NCBI GenBank assembly: GCA_964460145.1
Contig: CAYWPH010000001.1
Location: forward strand, 26,579 to 90,578
DNA from: an uncultured Gammaproteobacteria bacterium
GTDB lineage: Bacteria; Patescibacteriota; Microgenomatia; Levybacterales; UBA12049
DNA length: 64,000 nucleotides
Reading direction: 5' to 3'
The translations under genes and the position numbers were made by a program. This document shows, one piece after another, positions 48,347-58,701 of this stretch. The notes beneath the pieces were generated by a model that saw only the letters and a program-made list of their open reading frames with translations, did no database searches and was not told the origin of the DNA. The stretch's first letter is position 1. Every line of letters begins with the position of its first letter.

Positions 48347-48404
48347 AAGTTGCTAAAATGGCCATAATATGGTTTACTAGATGAGGAGGTGAATGTTTAT
48401 TTTA

Positions 48405-48884
48405 ATGGAAAAAGAACAATTAGATCAACAAAGCAATAATACAAATCAACCTTTAATAAAAAGCTTCGATAAAGGAAATTCTAAATCAAAATTTTCTCCT
48501 AAGATTATAGTAGCTTTAATTTTAGTAGCAATTGTCGGAGTACTTACTGGATATTTCCTTTCAGGCACTGGTGGTCAAAATCAGGCTTCGCAAAACAATG
48601 GAATCTTGAATTTATCTTCTGCACCTAAGGGTACAGTAGTTGGCTCAGATGATACAAAAACATTCAAAGACGCTGTTGAGGGAACATTAAGAGAAGGTGG
48701 AATAGAGGGTGAAGGCGCTTTTCATCTTGAGAGGCCGGGCGGAGAAAGCCAAAACGTTTACCTCACTTCATCAGTCGTAGATTTATCAAAGTTTGTCGCA
48801 AGAAAAATAAAAGTCTGGGGAGAGACACAAAAAGCTCAACGCGCTGGATGGCTTATGGATGTAGGAAGAGTTGAGGTTTTGTAA
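48405..48884 (+). CDS. Hypothetical membrane-anchored protein
   Basis: TM plus small beta domain; SD GAGGAGGTGA upstream. Confidence 0.75.
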   Translation: MEKEQLDQQSNNTNQPLIKSFDKGNSKSKFSPKIIVALILVAIVGVLTGYFLSGTGGQNQASQNNGILNLSSAPKGTVVGSDDTKTFKDAVEGTLREGGIEGEGAFHLERPGGESQNVYLTSSVVDLSKFVARKIKVWGETQKAQRAGWLMDVGRVEVL

Positions 48885-49695
48885 TGATAAAACTAGATAA
48901 AGTATCTAAAAAATTTGCAACAGGCACACTTGCTCTTTCCGATGTATCTCTTTTGATTGATAAAGGAGAGTTTGTTTTTTTAGTAGGCCCAACGGGTAGC
49001 GGTAAAACTACTCTTTTAGGCTTTTAATAAGGGATACTTTGCCAACTGAGGGTACTATCTTTATTAATGAATTTGATGTAATAAAGCTGTCAAAAGGAAA
49101 ACTTTCTTCCTTTAGAAAAAAGATAGGAGTAGTTTTTCAGGATTTAAAGCTTTTAGCAGATAGAACTATTTTTGAAAACGTTGTTTTACCTCTTGAAGTC
49201 TCCGGGGAAAACTCACAAAATGCAGCACAAAGAGTTGAAGAAGTTCTAAGACAAGTCGGACTTACGGAACACAGGGATAAATTTCCTATTCAGCTTTCAG
49301 GAGGGGAGTTGCAAAGAACTGCAATTGCAAGAGCTTTAATTCTTTCTCCAGAAATTCTTCTTGCAGATGAACCAACAGGAAATTTGGACGCCGCAACTTC
49401 ATGGGAAATTGTAAAATTGCTTTCAGATATCAATAAAATGGGAACCACTGTTATTATGGCAACTCATAATACTGATATTGTTAAAAGCATGAATAAAAGA
49501 GTTGTTCATTTAGATAAAGGTAGGATTGTAAAAGAAGAAAAAGGACACACGGCGGATAAAAAACATGAAGAGAAAGAGGAAAGGCAAGAAGGGGAAGAAA
49601 AACCTGAAGAGAAAGATAAAAAAGATGATAAGCCTCAAAAAAATGATAGACAAGAAAAGCAGGAAAAAGAAGATCAAAAGGAGGATAAAGAATGA
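48884..49695 (+). pseudogene. ftsE: Cell-division ABC ATPase FtsE with a 1-nt frameshift (may be a sequencing error)
   Basis: MIKLDKVSK...GPTGSGKTTL from 48884 stops at 49027; LSGGE and LLADEPTGNLD continue in the -1 frame; one extra T at TTTT 49014-49017 restores TLFRLLIRD. Confidence 0.85.
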
Positions 49696-50558
49696 AATTT
49701 CTTAGTACAGCCAGGAGAAATATTAGAAGATCACCTTATCAAGCACTAGCGGCAATTTTAATAATGACATTAACCTTTCTTGTAGTATCTTTTTTTACTT
49801 TTCTACTCGTAGGGTCTTCTAAAATAGTTAATTTTTTTGAATCTAAGCCCCAAGTAACTGCTTTTTTCAAAAATGATGCATCTCAAGCTGATATAAATTC
49901 TTTAGAAAATCAATTGTCCCAGAGTGGAAAGGTTGCATCAATAAAATATCTTTCTAAAGAAGATGCTTTAAATATTTATAGAGAACAGAATAAAGATGAT
50001 CCACTTTTACTTGAGCTAGTAACAGCAGACGTTTTACCGGCATCGTTTGAAATCTCCGCAATTCAGATAGAGGATTTGGGAGGAATTTCAGATATGCTAA
50101 AAAAGTCCCCGATTGTTTCTGAAGTAATTTATCAAAAAGATGTTGTTTCAGCATTAACTTCCTGGACAAACGCAATTAGAAAAATTGGAATAGCTCTCAT
50201 AGTGTTCCTTTCTTTAGTCTCGATTTTTATTATGGTTACAATAATTGGAATAAAAATATCACAAAAAAAAGAAGATATAGAAATAATGAAACTTATTGGT
50301 GCAACAAATTGGTATATCAGATGGCCTTTTATAATTGAGGGAATATTTTATGGTGTAATTGGCGCTTTAATTGGCTGGTCAATTTCAACTGCAACGCTTT
50401 TGTACGCAACTCCATTCCTAGAGTCTTTCTTAAAAGGAATTCCAATCATTCCTGTTCCTGCTATGGATTTACTTATGCTTTTAGGCTTAGAGTTATTACT
50501 GGCCACATTACTGGGAGTTATATCAAGTTTTCTTGCGGTACTTAGATATCTTAAATGA
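49692..50558 (+). CDS. ftsX: Cell-division permease FtsX
   Basis: IEIMKLIGATNWYIRWPFIIEG; follows ftsE. Confidence 0.93.
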   Translation: MKFLSTARRNIRRSPYQALAAILIMTLTFLVVSFFTFLLVGSSKIVNFFESKPQVTAFFKNDASQADINSLENQLSQSGKVASIKYLSKEDALNIYREQNKDDPLLLELVTADVLPASFEISAIQIEDLGGISDMLKKSPIVSEVIYQKDVVSALTSWTNAIRKIGIALIVFLSLVSIFIMVTIIGIKISQKKEDIEIMKLIGATNWYIRWPFIIEGIFYGVIGALIGWSISTATLLYATPFLESFLKGIPIIPVPAMDLLMLLGLELLLATLLGVISSFLAVLRYLK

Positions 50559-50571
50559 ATTTATATGTTCT

Positions 50572-51765
50572 ATGAATTTTTTAAAAAAAACAATAATAAT
50601 TTCAATTTTTCTTTTGGTCCTAATTTTTTCTAGGGCTTATTCTCTTGCCGAGACTCCAACCTCAACTCCTACTCCAGAAAATTCCGCAGGAAAACAAGAA
50701 TTGCAAAATAAGATTAATGATCTGCAAAATAAAATAAACGATTTACAAAACCAAGAGAAAACTTTGTCATCGCAGATTGCAGTAATGGATAATCAAGTAA
50801 AATTAACCGAATATCAAATCGCATCTACACAAGAGCAAATAACAAATATTACCCTAGACATTGATACAACTACAAAGAAAATTTCAGGCCTTGAGAAATC
50901 TCTTAATGAGTTGGTGGAAGTATTGCTTAACAGAATGGTTGCAACTTATGAAATTGGAACAATACAGCCATTACAAATTCTTCTTACGTCTTCTGATGCC
51001 TCTGATTTTTTATCAAGACTTAATTATTTAAGAAGAGCCCAAGCTCATGACAAGCAACTTATTTATCAAACACAGCAAGCAAAAGTTGATTATGCAAACC
51101 AAAAAGAGATATTTGAAGATAAAAAGAAAAAAATAGAAAGTTTGAAATCCCAGCTTGAAGCTTATACTGCGCAGCTGGAACAGGAAAAACAAGGAAAACA
51201 AAAATTGTTAGTAGAAACAAAAGGAAGTGAAGCAAATTACCAAAGCTTACTTGCTGAAGCACGGGCCGAATATTTACAGATTCAAGGAATTATTGCTGGA
51301 AAAGGAGTCGAAAGTGAAATAAAACAAGTAGGTCAAGGAGAAACTATTGCTACTATAATTTCTGGTGCTTCCTGCAACTCAACTGGCTCGCATCTACATT
51401 TTACGGTTAGTAGGAATGGTATTGCAGAAAATCCTTTTAATTTTTTAAAACCTGTTGATTATACAAACGATTCTGGAGGAGATGCTTGGAATCCATCAGG
51501 TAGTTGGGATTGGCCATTAGATCCCCCCATTGATTTTAATCAAGGATATGGAGTGACGTGGTATGTACAGAATTATCCTGTTTATACATCTCACAATGGA
51601 ATTGATATTGCAGGTTCATCGTCAAATGTCAAAGCAGTTAAGTCGGGCACATTGTTTCAAGGAAGCTATACAGGTAATGGCGGTTGTAGGCTTAAATATG
51701 TTAGGGTTCACCAGTCAGATGACGGGTTAGACACGTTTTATTTGCACGTAAATTACGTTAATTAG
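50572..51765 (+). CDS. Coiled-coil + M23-like peptidoglycan hydrolase/activator (EnvC/PcsB-like)
   Basis: Signal peptide, long coiled coil, STGSHLHF and HNGIDI; follows ftsEX. Confidence 0.82.
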   Translation: MNFLKKTIIISIFLLVLIFSRAYSLAETPTSTPTPENSAGKQELQNKINDLQNKINDLQNQEKTLSSQIAVMDNQVKLTEYQIASTQEQITNITLDIDTTTKKISGLEKSLNELVEVLLNRMVATYEIGTIQPLQILLTSSDASDFLSRLNYLRRAQAHDKQLIYQTQQAKVDYANQKEIFEDKKKKIESLKSQLEAYTAQLEQEKQGKQKLLVETKGSEANYQSLLAEARAEYLQIQGIIAGKGVESEIKQVGQGETIATIISGASCNSTGSHLHFTVSRNGIAENPFNFLKPVDYTNDSGGDAWNPSGSWDWPLDPPIDFNQGYGVTWYVQNYPVYTSHNGIDIAGSSSNVKAVKSGTLFQGSYTGNGGCRLKYVRVHQSDDGLDTFYLHVNYVN

Positions 51766-51777
51766 AAAATTTATTTA

Positions 51778-52617
51778 ATGAAGGCAAGAATACTTTTAAT
51801 TGCTTTTGTATTATTATTTTTGACTATAATCAATGGTAGTTCAGTATCTTTTTCAGCCACTCAATCATTATCCCTGAATAACGTTCCAGTAACTGTTGAT
51901 CAATCTGGAGAGTTTGAAATTGGAATTACTCTTTCTTGTCCGAGTTGCACAACCGATTCATTTCTACGTGGAGTTTTTTATCCAAGCGGAACCAGCTATT
52001 TTGGTTACACAAAAGATAATAATGGTAATTGGAGTAATGCCGCTGGCGGAAATTGCACAACATATTTTAAAGTAGCCCAAACTGATTTAAGCAAAGAAGG
52101 AAGTTGGAGTGGTGCTTTAAGATTTAAGTCGGATAAAGATAGCCCGAACTATAACGGTCCGGGAGAGTATTTATTTAAGGTTGGAAGATATACTCCAAGT
52201 TGTAGCTCTCCTTCCATTTGGTCAACAGAGACTACTGTTGCCATCACAGGCCCTACGCCAACGTTAACACCCGTTCCTCCAACGTCAACCACCGTGCCCA
52301 CTCCAATCATAAAACCAACAGCTACGCCAACTTCTCTTCCAAGCCCTACTAAAACTCCCACCCCTAAGCCCACATCCACAAAAACTCCAAGCCCAACAGG
52401 AGCTAGTGTTTTAGGTGTTTCTCAGAAATCTATTCAGTCTGTTCTGGGAGATAGCGATGAGAAAACCAGGGAAAAAACCAAAGCTGTTGTTCCAGGAGAA
52501 AGCAAGAGTAAGACAATTGGCATATTGTTTATATTTCTTGGAGTTATTTTCCTCTCTCTTTGTGGTATAGTATTTTTCTTATCATATAGAAATTCTTTAA
52601 AAACAAATGGATCCTAA
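51778..52617 (+). CDS. Surface protein with a Pro/Thr-rich linker and C-terminal TM
   Basis: Signal peptide, Cys-containing domain, PT repeats, C-terminal hydrophobic helix. Confidence 0.75.
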   Translation: MKARILLIAFVLLFLTIINGSSVSFSATQSLSLNNVPVTVDQSGEFEIGITLSCPSCTTDSFLRGVFYPSGTSYFGYTKDNNGNWSNAAGGNCTTYFKVAQTDLSKEGSWSGALRFKSDKDSPNYNGPGEYLFKVGRYTPSCSSPSIWSTETTVAITGPTPTLTPVPPTSTTVPTPIIKPTATPTSLPSPTKTPTPKPTSTKTPSPTGASVLGVSQKSIQSVLGDSDEKTREKTKAVVPGESKSKTIGILFIFLGVIFLSLCGIVFFLSYRNSLKTNGS

Positions 52618-53038
52618 AATTATTAACACCCAAAATCTTAGAGAGACTCAAGAATTTGCACGTGACTTTGCAAAAAACCTTAAAGCTGGAGACGTGCTTT
52701 GTCTTTACGGTAATTTAGGAAGTGGCAAAACAAGCTTTGTGCAAGGGTTGGCAAAGGGTCTTGGAATTACAAGAAGAATAATCTCTCCAACATTTATAAT
52801 TGCAAGGCGCTATAAAATTGGTGATTTAAATTTCTACCATATTGATCTTTACAGAACTGAAACGGTTCAAGACCTGCGTAGTATCGGCATGGATGAAATT
52901 TTGGAGGATGATAAAAATATTGTTGCAATTGAATGGGCTGAAAAATTACTTGATTTAATTCCTAAAAAACGAGTTGATTTAAAATTTGAATATATAGATG
53001 AAAATAAAAGAAAAATAACCATAGAAAACCATGAATAG
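52607..53038 (+). CDS. tsaE: t6A biosynthesis ATPase TsaE
   Basis: GNLGSGKT, SPTF, HIDLYR, IEWA. Confidence 0.96.
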   Translation: MDPKIINTQNLRETQEFARDFAKNLKAGDVLCLYGNLGSGKTSFVQGLAKGLGITRRIISPTFIIARRYKIGDLNFYHIDLYRTETVQDLRSIGMDEILEDDKNIVAIEWAEKLLDLIPKKRVDLKFEYIDENKRKITIENHE

Positions 53039-53612
53039 TAATATTAGTAAGGCAATCGAGGTTTTAAATAAAGGTGGAGTGATAATATTTCCAACCGATA
53101 CTGCATTTGGAATTGGATGCAGGATTGATAACCAAAAAGCAATTGAAAGATTATTTGAGATAAGAAAAAGACCATTTAATATGGCAACTCCTGTTTTAGT
53201 TTCTAGTTTAGAAATGGCTAAGAAATATTGGGATAGCGATACAAAGGAAGTTGAAGAAAAACTGATTAGTAAGTACTGGCCAGGCGCACTAACAATTGTT
53301 TTAAAAGCAAATAAAAATAAAGTTTTCTCTCTTGTAAGAGGTGGAGGAGATAATATTGGTATAAGAATGCCCCAAGATGATTTAATTTTAGAAGTTATAG
53401 AAAAAGCCGGGGTTCCAATTTTAGCTCCTTCAGCAAATTTACATGGTGAACAAACTCCTTACTCGAAAAATATGCTGAATAAATATATTGTTCAATCAGT
53501 TGATTTAGTATTAGATGGGGATTGTAGTTTAAAAAACGCTTCTACCGTAATCGACTGTACTCAAAAACCCTGGAAAATTTTGCGTCAAGGAGCTTTATCT
53601 ATTAATATATAG
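53031..53612 (+). CDS. tsaC: Threonylcarbamoyl-AMP synthase (TsaC/YrdC)
   Basis: FPTDTAFGIG, WPGALT, APSAN, STVID. Confidence 0.94.
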   Translation: MNSNISKAIEVLNKGGVIIFPTDTAFGIGCRIDNQKAIERLFEIRKRPFNMATPVLVSSLEMAKKYWDSDTKEVEEKLISKYWPGALTIVLKANKNKVFSLVRGGGDNIGIRMPQDDLILEVIEKAGVPILAPSANLHGEQTPYSKNMLNKYIVQSVDLVLDGDCSLKNASTVIDCTQKPWKILRQGALSINI

Positions 53613-53614
53613 AT

Positions 53615-53932
53615 ATGGCAAATATTTTAATTATTGATACTTCAGATAATAAAAAAATAAGGATCGGACTAAGCATTGATGGAAAAGAAAAAATTGTAAT
53701 ATCTGATTCTAAGCATTTAAAATCTCAAGCGTGTTTGGCATTAATAGAAAAGGTTCTAAAAGGAAAAAATCTCAAACCCAAAGATATTTCCGAAATAAAG
53801 GTAAATAAAGGTCCTGGTTCGTTTACAGGGCTAAGAGTAGGAATATCAATAGCAAATGCTTTGTCAAATCTTTTGAAAATTCCTGTAAATGGTAAATTAA
53901 TTGGAGATTTGGAAGAGCCAGTATATAATTAG
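53615..53932 (+). CDS. tsaB: TsaB, N-terminal domain only (105 aa)
   Basis: LIIDTS and GPGSFTGLRVG. Confidence 0.88.
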   Translation: MANILIIDTSDNKKIRIGLSIDGKEKIVISDSKHLKSQACLALIEKVLKGKNLKPKDISEIKVNKGPGSFTGLRVGISIANALSNLLKIPVNGKLIGDLEEPVYN

Positions 53933-53935
53933 ATT

Positions 53936-54880
53936 ATGTTTAAGTTTTTGTATCATTTCTTTACTCCGCAAGTCTCAAATAACTATAGAGCTAGGATTTT
54001 GCACCCTAAAATTATTTCATTATTTATCATTTTCTTTTTTTCTGCCGGTGTTTTAATGTCTGTTACAAAGACTAATTTCCCCGAAGTTCTAGGTATTTCT
54101 TCTGATGTCTCGATAGATCAACTATTGGTTTTAACTAATCAAAAGAGACAGGAAAATGGACTTGGCCCTTTAAGTTTAGATGAAAGACTAAGTCAAGCTG
54201 CAATTGGCAAAGGCAATGACATGTTGTCAAAGGGATATTGGGCACATATTTCTCCTGACGGAACTACTCCTTGGCTTTTTATTAAAGGCGCAGGATATAG
54301 CTATACGTATGCGGGGGAAAATTTAGCAAGAGGTTATACAAACTCATCAGATGTCATAAATGCGTGGATGGCAAGCGACTCGCATAAGCAGAATATGCTT
54401 TCAGGAAATTATTCAAACGTTGGTTTTGCAGTTGTCACTGGGAGTTTAAACGGGGAAGAAACAGTACTTGTTGTAGAAATGCTTGGAACAACCGCTCTTG
54501 CAGCTACTCCAGCTAAGCCAGAGGAAAAAAGTATAGCGGAAGTTGCTCAAGCTTCAACAAATGAATCGGCTGGTCAAGTCCCTGTTGTTAATGCACAAAA
54601 TAAAGAGAAAGAGTTTCTAGTAGAAACGAAAGAAAGTAAACCACAAACTATTGTCAAACAGCCAAAGCCTCAGGTAAAACCTCTTATTAATGCTGAGACT
54701 TTTTCTTCTAATATTGCAAGAATTGCCATAACAATCTTTATGTTTGTCTTTATACTGGATATGATAATAATTGAAAGAAAAAAGATTTTAAGATTTGTAG
54801 GACACAACTTAGATCACGTTATGTTCCTAGGTCTTATTCTTGCACTTATCTTAGTTTTACTTAAAGGATATATAATTTGA
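53936..54880 (+). CDS. CAP/SCP domain membrane protein
   Basis: TNQKR, YWAH, AGENLA, WMASDSHKQN. Confidence 0.88.
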   Translation: MFKFLYHFFTPQVSNNYRARILHPKIISLFIIFFFSAGVLMSVTKTNFPEVLGISSDVSIDQLLVLTNQKRQENGLGPLSLDERLSQAAIGKGNDMLSKGYWAHISPDGTTPWLFIKGAGYSYTYAGENLARGYTNSSDVINAWMASDSHKQNMLSGNYSNVGFAVVTGSLNGEETVLVVEMLGTTALAATPAKPEEKSIAEVAQASTNESAGQVPVVNAQNKEKEFLVETKESKPQTIVKQPKPQVKPLINAETFSSNIARIAITIFMFVFILDMIIIERKKILRFVGHNLDHVMFLGLILALILVLLKGYII

Positions 54881-55146
54881 TGATTAAAAAACTCTTAAAA
54901 CATTTAAATTATTATTTACTGCTTTTGATAATTTTCACTACAGGTGTTATTACAACTGTTTTTGCTTCTCCAAATGCAAATTTACAGGTGGCAATAATTG
55001 CCACAACAGTAGTTTTATATGTTTTCTGGGGGATTTTACATCACAAGATTAATCACGAATTGACGAGAAAAATAACAATTGAATATTTATTAATAGGTCT
55101 TCTTGGTCTTTCTATAATATTTTTCATATTCATGGGAGGAATTTAA
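54880..55146 (+). CDS. Small hypothetical membrane protein
   Basis: Three hydrophobic segments, WGILHH; operonic position. Confidence 0.7.
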   Translation: MIKKLLKHLNYYLLLLIIFTTGVITTVFASPNANLQVAIIATTVVLYVFWGILHHKINHELTRKITIEYLLIGLLGLSIIFFIFMGGI

Positions 55147-56031
55147 ATGCTTATCTCAATCGTTACCTTAAACTACAAAAAAGAAAATTTAACAGTTTTT
55201 TGCATGGAGTCTTTATACCAGCAGTTTAAAGAAGAATTTGAAAAAGACTCAGTAGAGCTTATTATTGTGGATAATGCTTCCGGAGGGGATAGTGTAAAGT
55301 TAATACAAAATGAAATTTTAAAGAAAAAATATAAAAATATTAAATTAATTGAAAGTGATGAAAATGGTGGCTTTGGCAAAGGTTGTAATCTTGGAGCAGG
55401 TCAAGCCAAAGGAGACTACATATTATTCTTAAACAACGACACTGTTGTAAAAGATGCGGGAATTTTGAAAATGGCAAAGTATTTAGACGATAATCCAAAT
55501 GTTTCTATTTTGGGAGGACAGCTTCGAAATGTTGATGGATCACTCCAGGCAAGCGCTGGAAGTTTTTATACACTTTTTAAAGCAGTAATGCTTTTAACTG
55601 GTATGCAAAAACTTGGACTGCTTGATAAAAGCCCTAGGCAAATTAGCCGTGTTGATTGGGTAAAGGGTGGTTTACTTATGATAAAAAAAGATGTATTTGA
55701 AAAACTAAAAGGATTTGACGAGAAAATTTTTATGTATACGGAAGATATGGAGCTTTGTTACAGGGCAAAACTTAAGGGATTTCAAACTTTCTTTTTTCCC
55801 TTTACCTATGTTTTACACGCAGAACACGGTAGTACAAACAGAACCTTTGCAATCGTTAATATTTATAAAAACCTATTATATTTTTATAAAAAACACAGAA
55901 GCTTCGTTGAGTATCTGATATTAAAAACATTATTGTTATCAAAGGCTTATTTGCTTATTTTCCTAGGGGCAATAACCAATAATCAATATTTAAGGCAAAC
56001 TTATAGACAAGCTTTAGAGGGGATTAAATAA
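55147..56031 (+). CDS. Glycosyltransferase family 2 (WbbL-like)
   Basis: VDNAS, NGGFGKGCN, FLNND, FMYTEDMELC. Confidence 0.92.
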   Translation: MLISIVTLNYKKENLTVFCMESLYQQFKEEFEKDSVELIIVDNASGGDSVKLIQNEILKKKYKNIKLIESDENGGFGKGCNLGAGQAKGDYILFLNNDTVVKDAGILKMAKYLDDNPNVSILGGQLRNVDGSLQASAGSFYTLFKAVMLLTGMQKLGLLDKSPRQISRVDWVKGGLLMIKKDVFEKLKGFDEKIFMYTEDMELCYRAKLKGFQTFFFPFTYVLHAEHGSTNRTFAIVNIYKNLLYFYKKHRSFVEYLILKTLLLSKAYLLIFLGAITNNQYLRQTYRQALEGIK

Positions 56032-56975
56032 TGTCAAAAAATCCAAACATTGATTTATCAATAATAATTTTAACTTATAATACCAAAGATATTACGGCTG
56101 CTGCGGTACTTTCTATCGAAGAAAATTACAAAGATGAAGTTTCATCTGGGCAATATGAAGTAATTGTAGCTGATAACAAATCAACAGATGGAACGTTTGA
56201 GTTTTTTCAGGAATATAAAAAGAAAACAAAAATAAAAGCTTTTCATATTGTTGACAATGGCGGAAATCTTGGTTTTTCAAAAGGAAATAATAAAGGAGTT
56301 CCATATGCTACAGGAAAATATATTTTGTTTCTAAATCCGGATACTATTGTTTATAAAGATACCCTAAATTACATGCTAGATTTTTTAGATAGCCACAGGC
56401 AGGTTGGTGCTGCATCATGTAAATTGATTAATAAAGATGGCCAAATAGATTTTAATTGCCACAGAGGTTTTCCTACTCCTTGGAATGCATTTTGTTATTT
56501 TTCAGGCTTGCAAAGACTTTTTCCAAAAAGCAAAATATTTGCGGGTTACACAAAAGGGTGGGAAGATTTAGATACTACGCATGAAGTAGACGCAGTAGAG
56601 GGAGCTTTTATGATCATGCTAAGAAGCGTTGGTGAAAAAGTCGGCTGGTGGGATGAAGATTATTTTTTTTACGGTGAAGATTTGCAATTTTGCTACGATA
56701 TTAAAAAACTTGGATACAAAATATACTATATTGGAGAAAAAAGCATTATGCACATAGGTGGCGCATCAAGTGGAATTAAGAAAAAATCAGAAGGAATTAC
56801 GACTGTAAACATTGAAACAAAAAAGAGATTACAAAAAGCCCGGTTTAACGCAATGAGGATATTTTATAGAAAAAATTATAGAAATAAGTACCCATTTTTA
56901 GTTTACTTTCTTATTGATAAGGCAATTGCTTTTTTAGAAAATAGAACTCTTGCCAAGCTAAGAGTAGCTGACTAA
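56031..56975 (+). CDS. Glycosyltransferase family 2 (WbbL-like)
   Basis: DNKSTDG, NLGFSKGNN, FLNPD, FFYGED. Confidence 0.92.
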   Translation: MSKNPNIDLSIIILTYNTKDITAAAVLSIEENYKDEVSSGQYEVIVADNKSTDGTFEFFQEYKKKTKIKAFHIVDNGGNLGFSKGNNKGVPYATGKYILFLNPDTIVYKDTLNYMLDFLDSHRQVGAASCKLINKDGQIDFNCHRGFPTPWNAFCYFSGLQRLFPKSKIFAGYTKGWEDLDTTHEVDAVEGAFMIMLRSVGEKVGWWDEDYFFYGEDLQFCYDIKKLGYKIYYIGEKSIMHIGGASSGIKKKSEGITTVNIETKKRLQKARFNAMRIFYRKNYRNKYPFLVYFLIDKAIAFLENRTLAKLRVAD

Positions 56976-56977
56976 TT

Positions 56978-57610
56978 TTATCCTTCGTTTAGCCAGGGAA
57001 ATTTTGAAAAATCCACGTCTTTTCCAAACTTTTCTTTAAGGGTTGGATAGCTTTCATCTTTTTTACTTACGATTGGGTTTTCAACTGGCCATCCTCCAAA
57101 TTGTTTTGTAAGAACTGGATCATTATATAAAACAGCTGGAGTTGGTTTTCCCTCAAAATATCCGGTTATCATATACATATATTCAGCGTCTTCATTTCCT
57201 AAAGCGCAGAATGAATTTCCCATTCCAAGTGGTAAATACAAAGTGTTTCTATCATTTTCTCCAAGAGGTATTTTTATAGCTTTTCCAAAACTGGGAGAAT
57301 CAGTTCTAAAATCAACAATTACAGCAATAGCTTGTCCTTTTATTACATAAATGATTTTTTCCCAAGGTTCTGAATGAAATCCTCTAATAACATTAGGGTG
57401 GGAGTTTGAGTGATTCCATTGTGTAACGTTAATCTTTTTCCCTAAAACTTTTTCTAAATCTCTTAATTCAACTACTTCTCTAAAAAATCCTCTATCATCT
57501 TCAAAAGTGTCTCTTTTATAAATTAAAAGACCAGGTATTTCAGTAGTTTGGATCATTGGGGGAAAATCTGGGTCATTTGGAGAAAGTGCAAGTTTATATG
57601 GATTATCCAT
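56978..57610 (-). CDS. rfbC: dTDP-4-dehydrorhamnose 3,5-epimerase
   Basis: FEDDRGFFRE, IRGFH, VDFRTDSPSFG. Confidence 0.9.
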   Translation of the reverse strand: MDNPYKLALSPNDPDFPPMIQTTEIPGLLIYKRDTFEDDRGFFREVVELRDLEKVLGKKINVTQWNHSNSHPNVIRGFHSEPWEKIIYVIKGQAIAVIVDFRTDSPSFGKAIKIPLGENDRNTLYLPLGMGNSFCALGNEDAEYMYMITGYFEGKPTPAVLYNDPVLTKQFGGWPVENPIVSKKDESYPTLKEKFGKDVDFSKFPWLNEG

Positions 57611-57675
57611 AAAAGCAATATAGCACAAGTTGGGTTGTTTTGACAAACAATTAATGCTAATATTAAAAAGCAAAT

Positions 57676-58701
57676 ATGAGGCTTTTAGTAACTGGTGGAG
57701 CAGGATTTATAGGCTCCCATTTCATTCTTTATTGGATGAAAAACTACCCCGAAGATAAGATTGTAAACATTGACAAGCTAACTTATGCTGCAAATATTGT
57801 AAATCTTAAAGCTGTTGAGGATAACCCAAATTATTCTCTTGAACATGCAGACATATGTGATCCCCAAAAGGTTGATAAAGTAATGAAAGATACAGATATC
57901 GTTGTCCACTTTGCAGCTGAAACACACGTAGACCGCTCCATTATGAATCCTTTGCCTTTTATTCAATCAAATTTTGTAGGAACCTATGTGCTTTTACAAG
58001 CAGCTAAAAAATACAATGTTAAAAGGTTTCATCATATCTCAACTGATGAAGTATTTGGAAGCATTCCTTTAGACGACCCTTCCCGATTTAATGAAGAGAC
58101 AAAATACGATCCTTCAAGTCCATATTCTGCAACTAAAGCTGCTGCAGACCATTTAGTTAGAGCATATCACCATACATACGGACTCCCAATTACAATCAGC
58201 AATTGTTCCAATAACTATGGTCCCGCAATGTATCCGGAAAAATTAATTCCAATTGCAATAACAAATCTGTTAGAAGATAAACCAGTGCCACTGCATGGAG
58301 ATGGAAGAAATATTAGAGACTGGCTCTATGTTGAAGATCATGTAAGAGCAATTGAGCTAATCCTGCAAAAAGGAAAAATTGGAGAAACGTATTTAGTAGG
58401 CGGAATGAATAAGGGTATTTCAAATTTAGAAGTAGTTCAAAAAATATTAAAAATAATGGGAAAATCAGAGGATTATATTAAATTTGTTAAAGATAGAGCT
58501 GGAAATGATAAAAAATATGACGTTGATTGGACAAAGATCAATAAAGAGCTTGGATGGAAGCCACTTCACAATTTTGATGAATGGCTTAAAAAAACAATTG
58601 ATTGGTATGTAGAAAACAGAAGTTGGTGGGAACAGGTAAAAGCTAAAGACTATAAAGATATCCTTCATAATAATTTGGGAGGAAATATTGACCAGCTGTG
58701 A
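57676..58701 (+). CDS. rfbB: dTDP-glucose 4,6-dehydratase
   Basis: GGAGFIG, AAETHVDRSI, STDEVFG, YSATK. Confidence 0.96.
   Translation: MRLLVTGGAGFIGSHFILYWMKNYPEDKIVNIDKLTYAANIVNLKAVEDNPNYSLEHADICDPQKVDKVMKDTDIVVHFAAETHVDRSIMNPLPFIQSNFVGTYVLLQAAKKYNVKRFHHISTDEVFGSIPLDDPSRFNEETKYDPSSPYSATKAAADHLVRAYHHTYGLPITISNCSNNYGPAMYPEKLIPIAITNLLEDKPVPLHGDGRNIRDWLYVEDHVRAIELILQKGKIGETYLVGGMNKGISNLEVVQKILKIMGKSEDYIKFVKDRAGNDKKYDVDWTKINKELGWKPLHNFDEWLKKTIDWYVENRSWWEQVKAKDYKDILHNNLGGNIDQL

Noticed and set aside
49540-49695. Purine-rich low-complexity tract as a separate element
   Set aside because: Encodes the charged C-terminal tail of FtsE
52250-52400. Tandem DNA repeat
   Set aside because: Only a Pro/Thr-rich protein linker with varied codons
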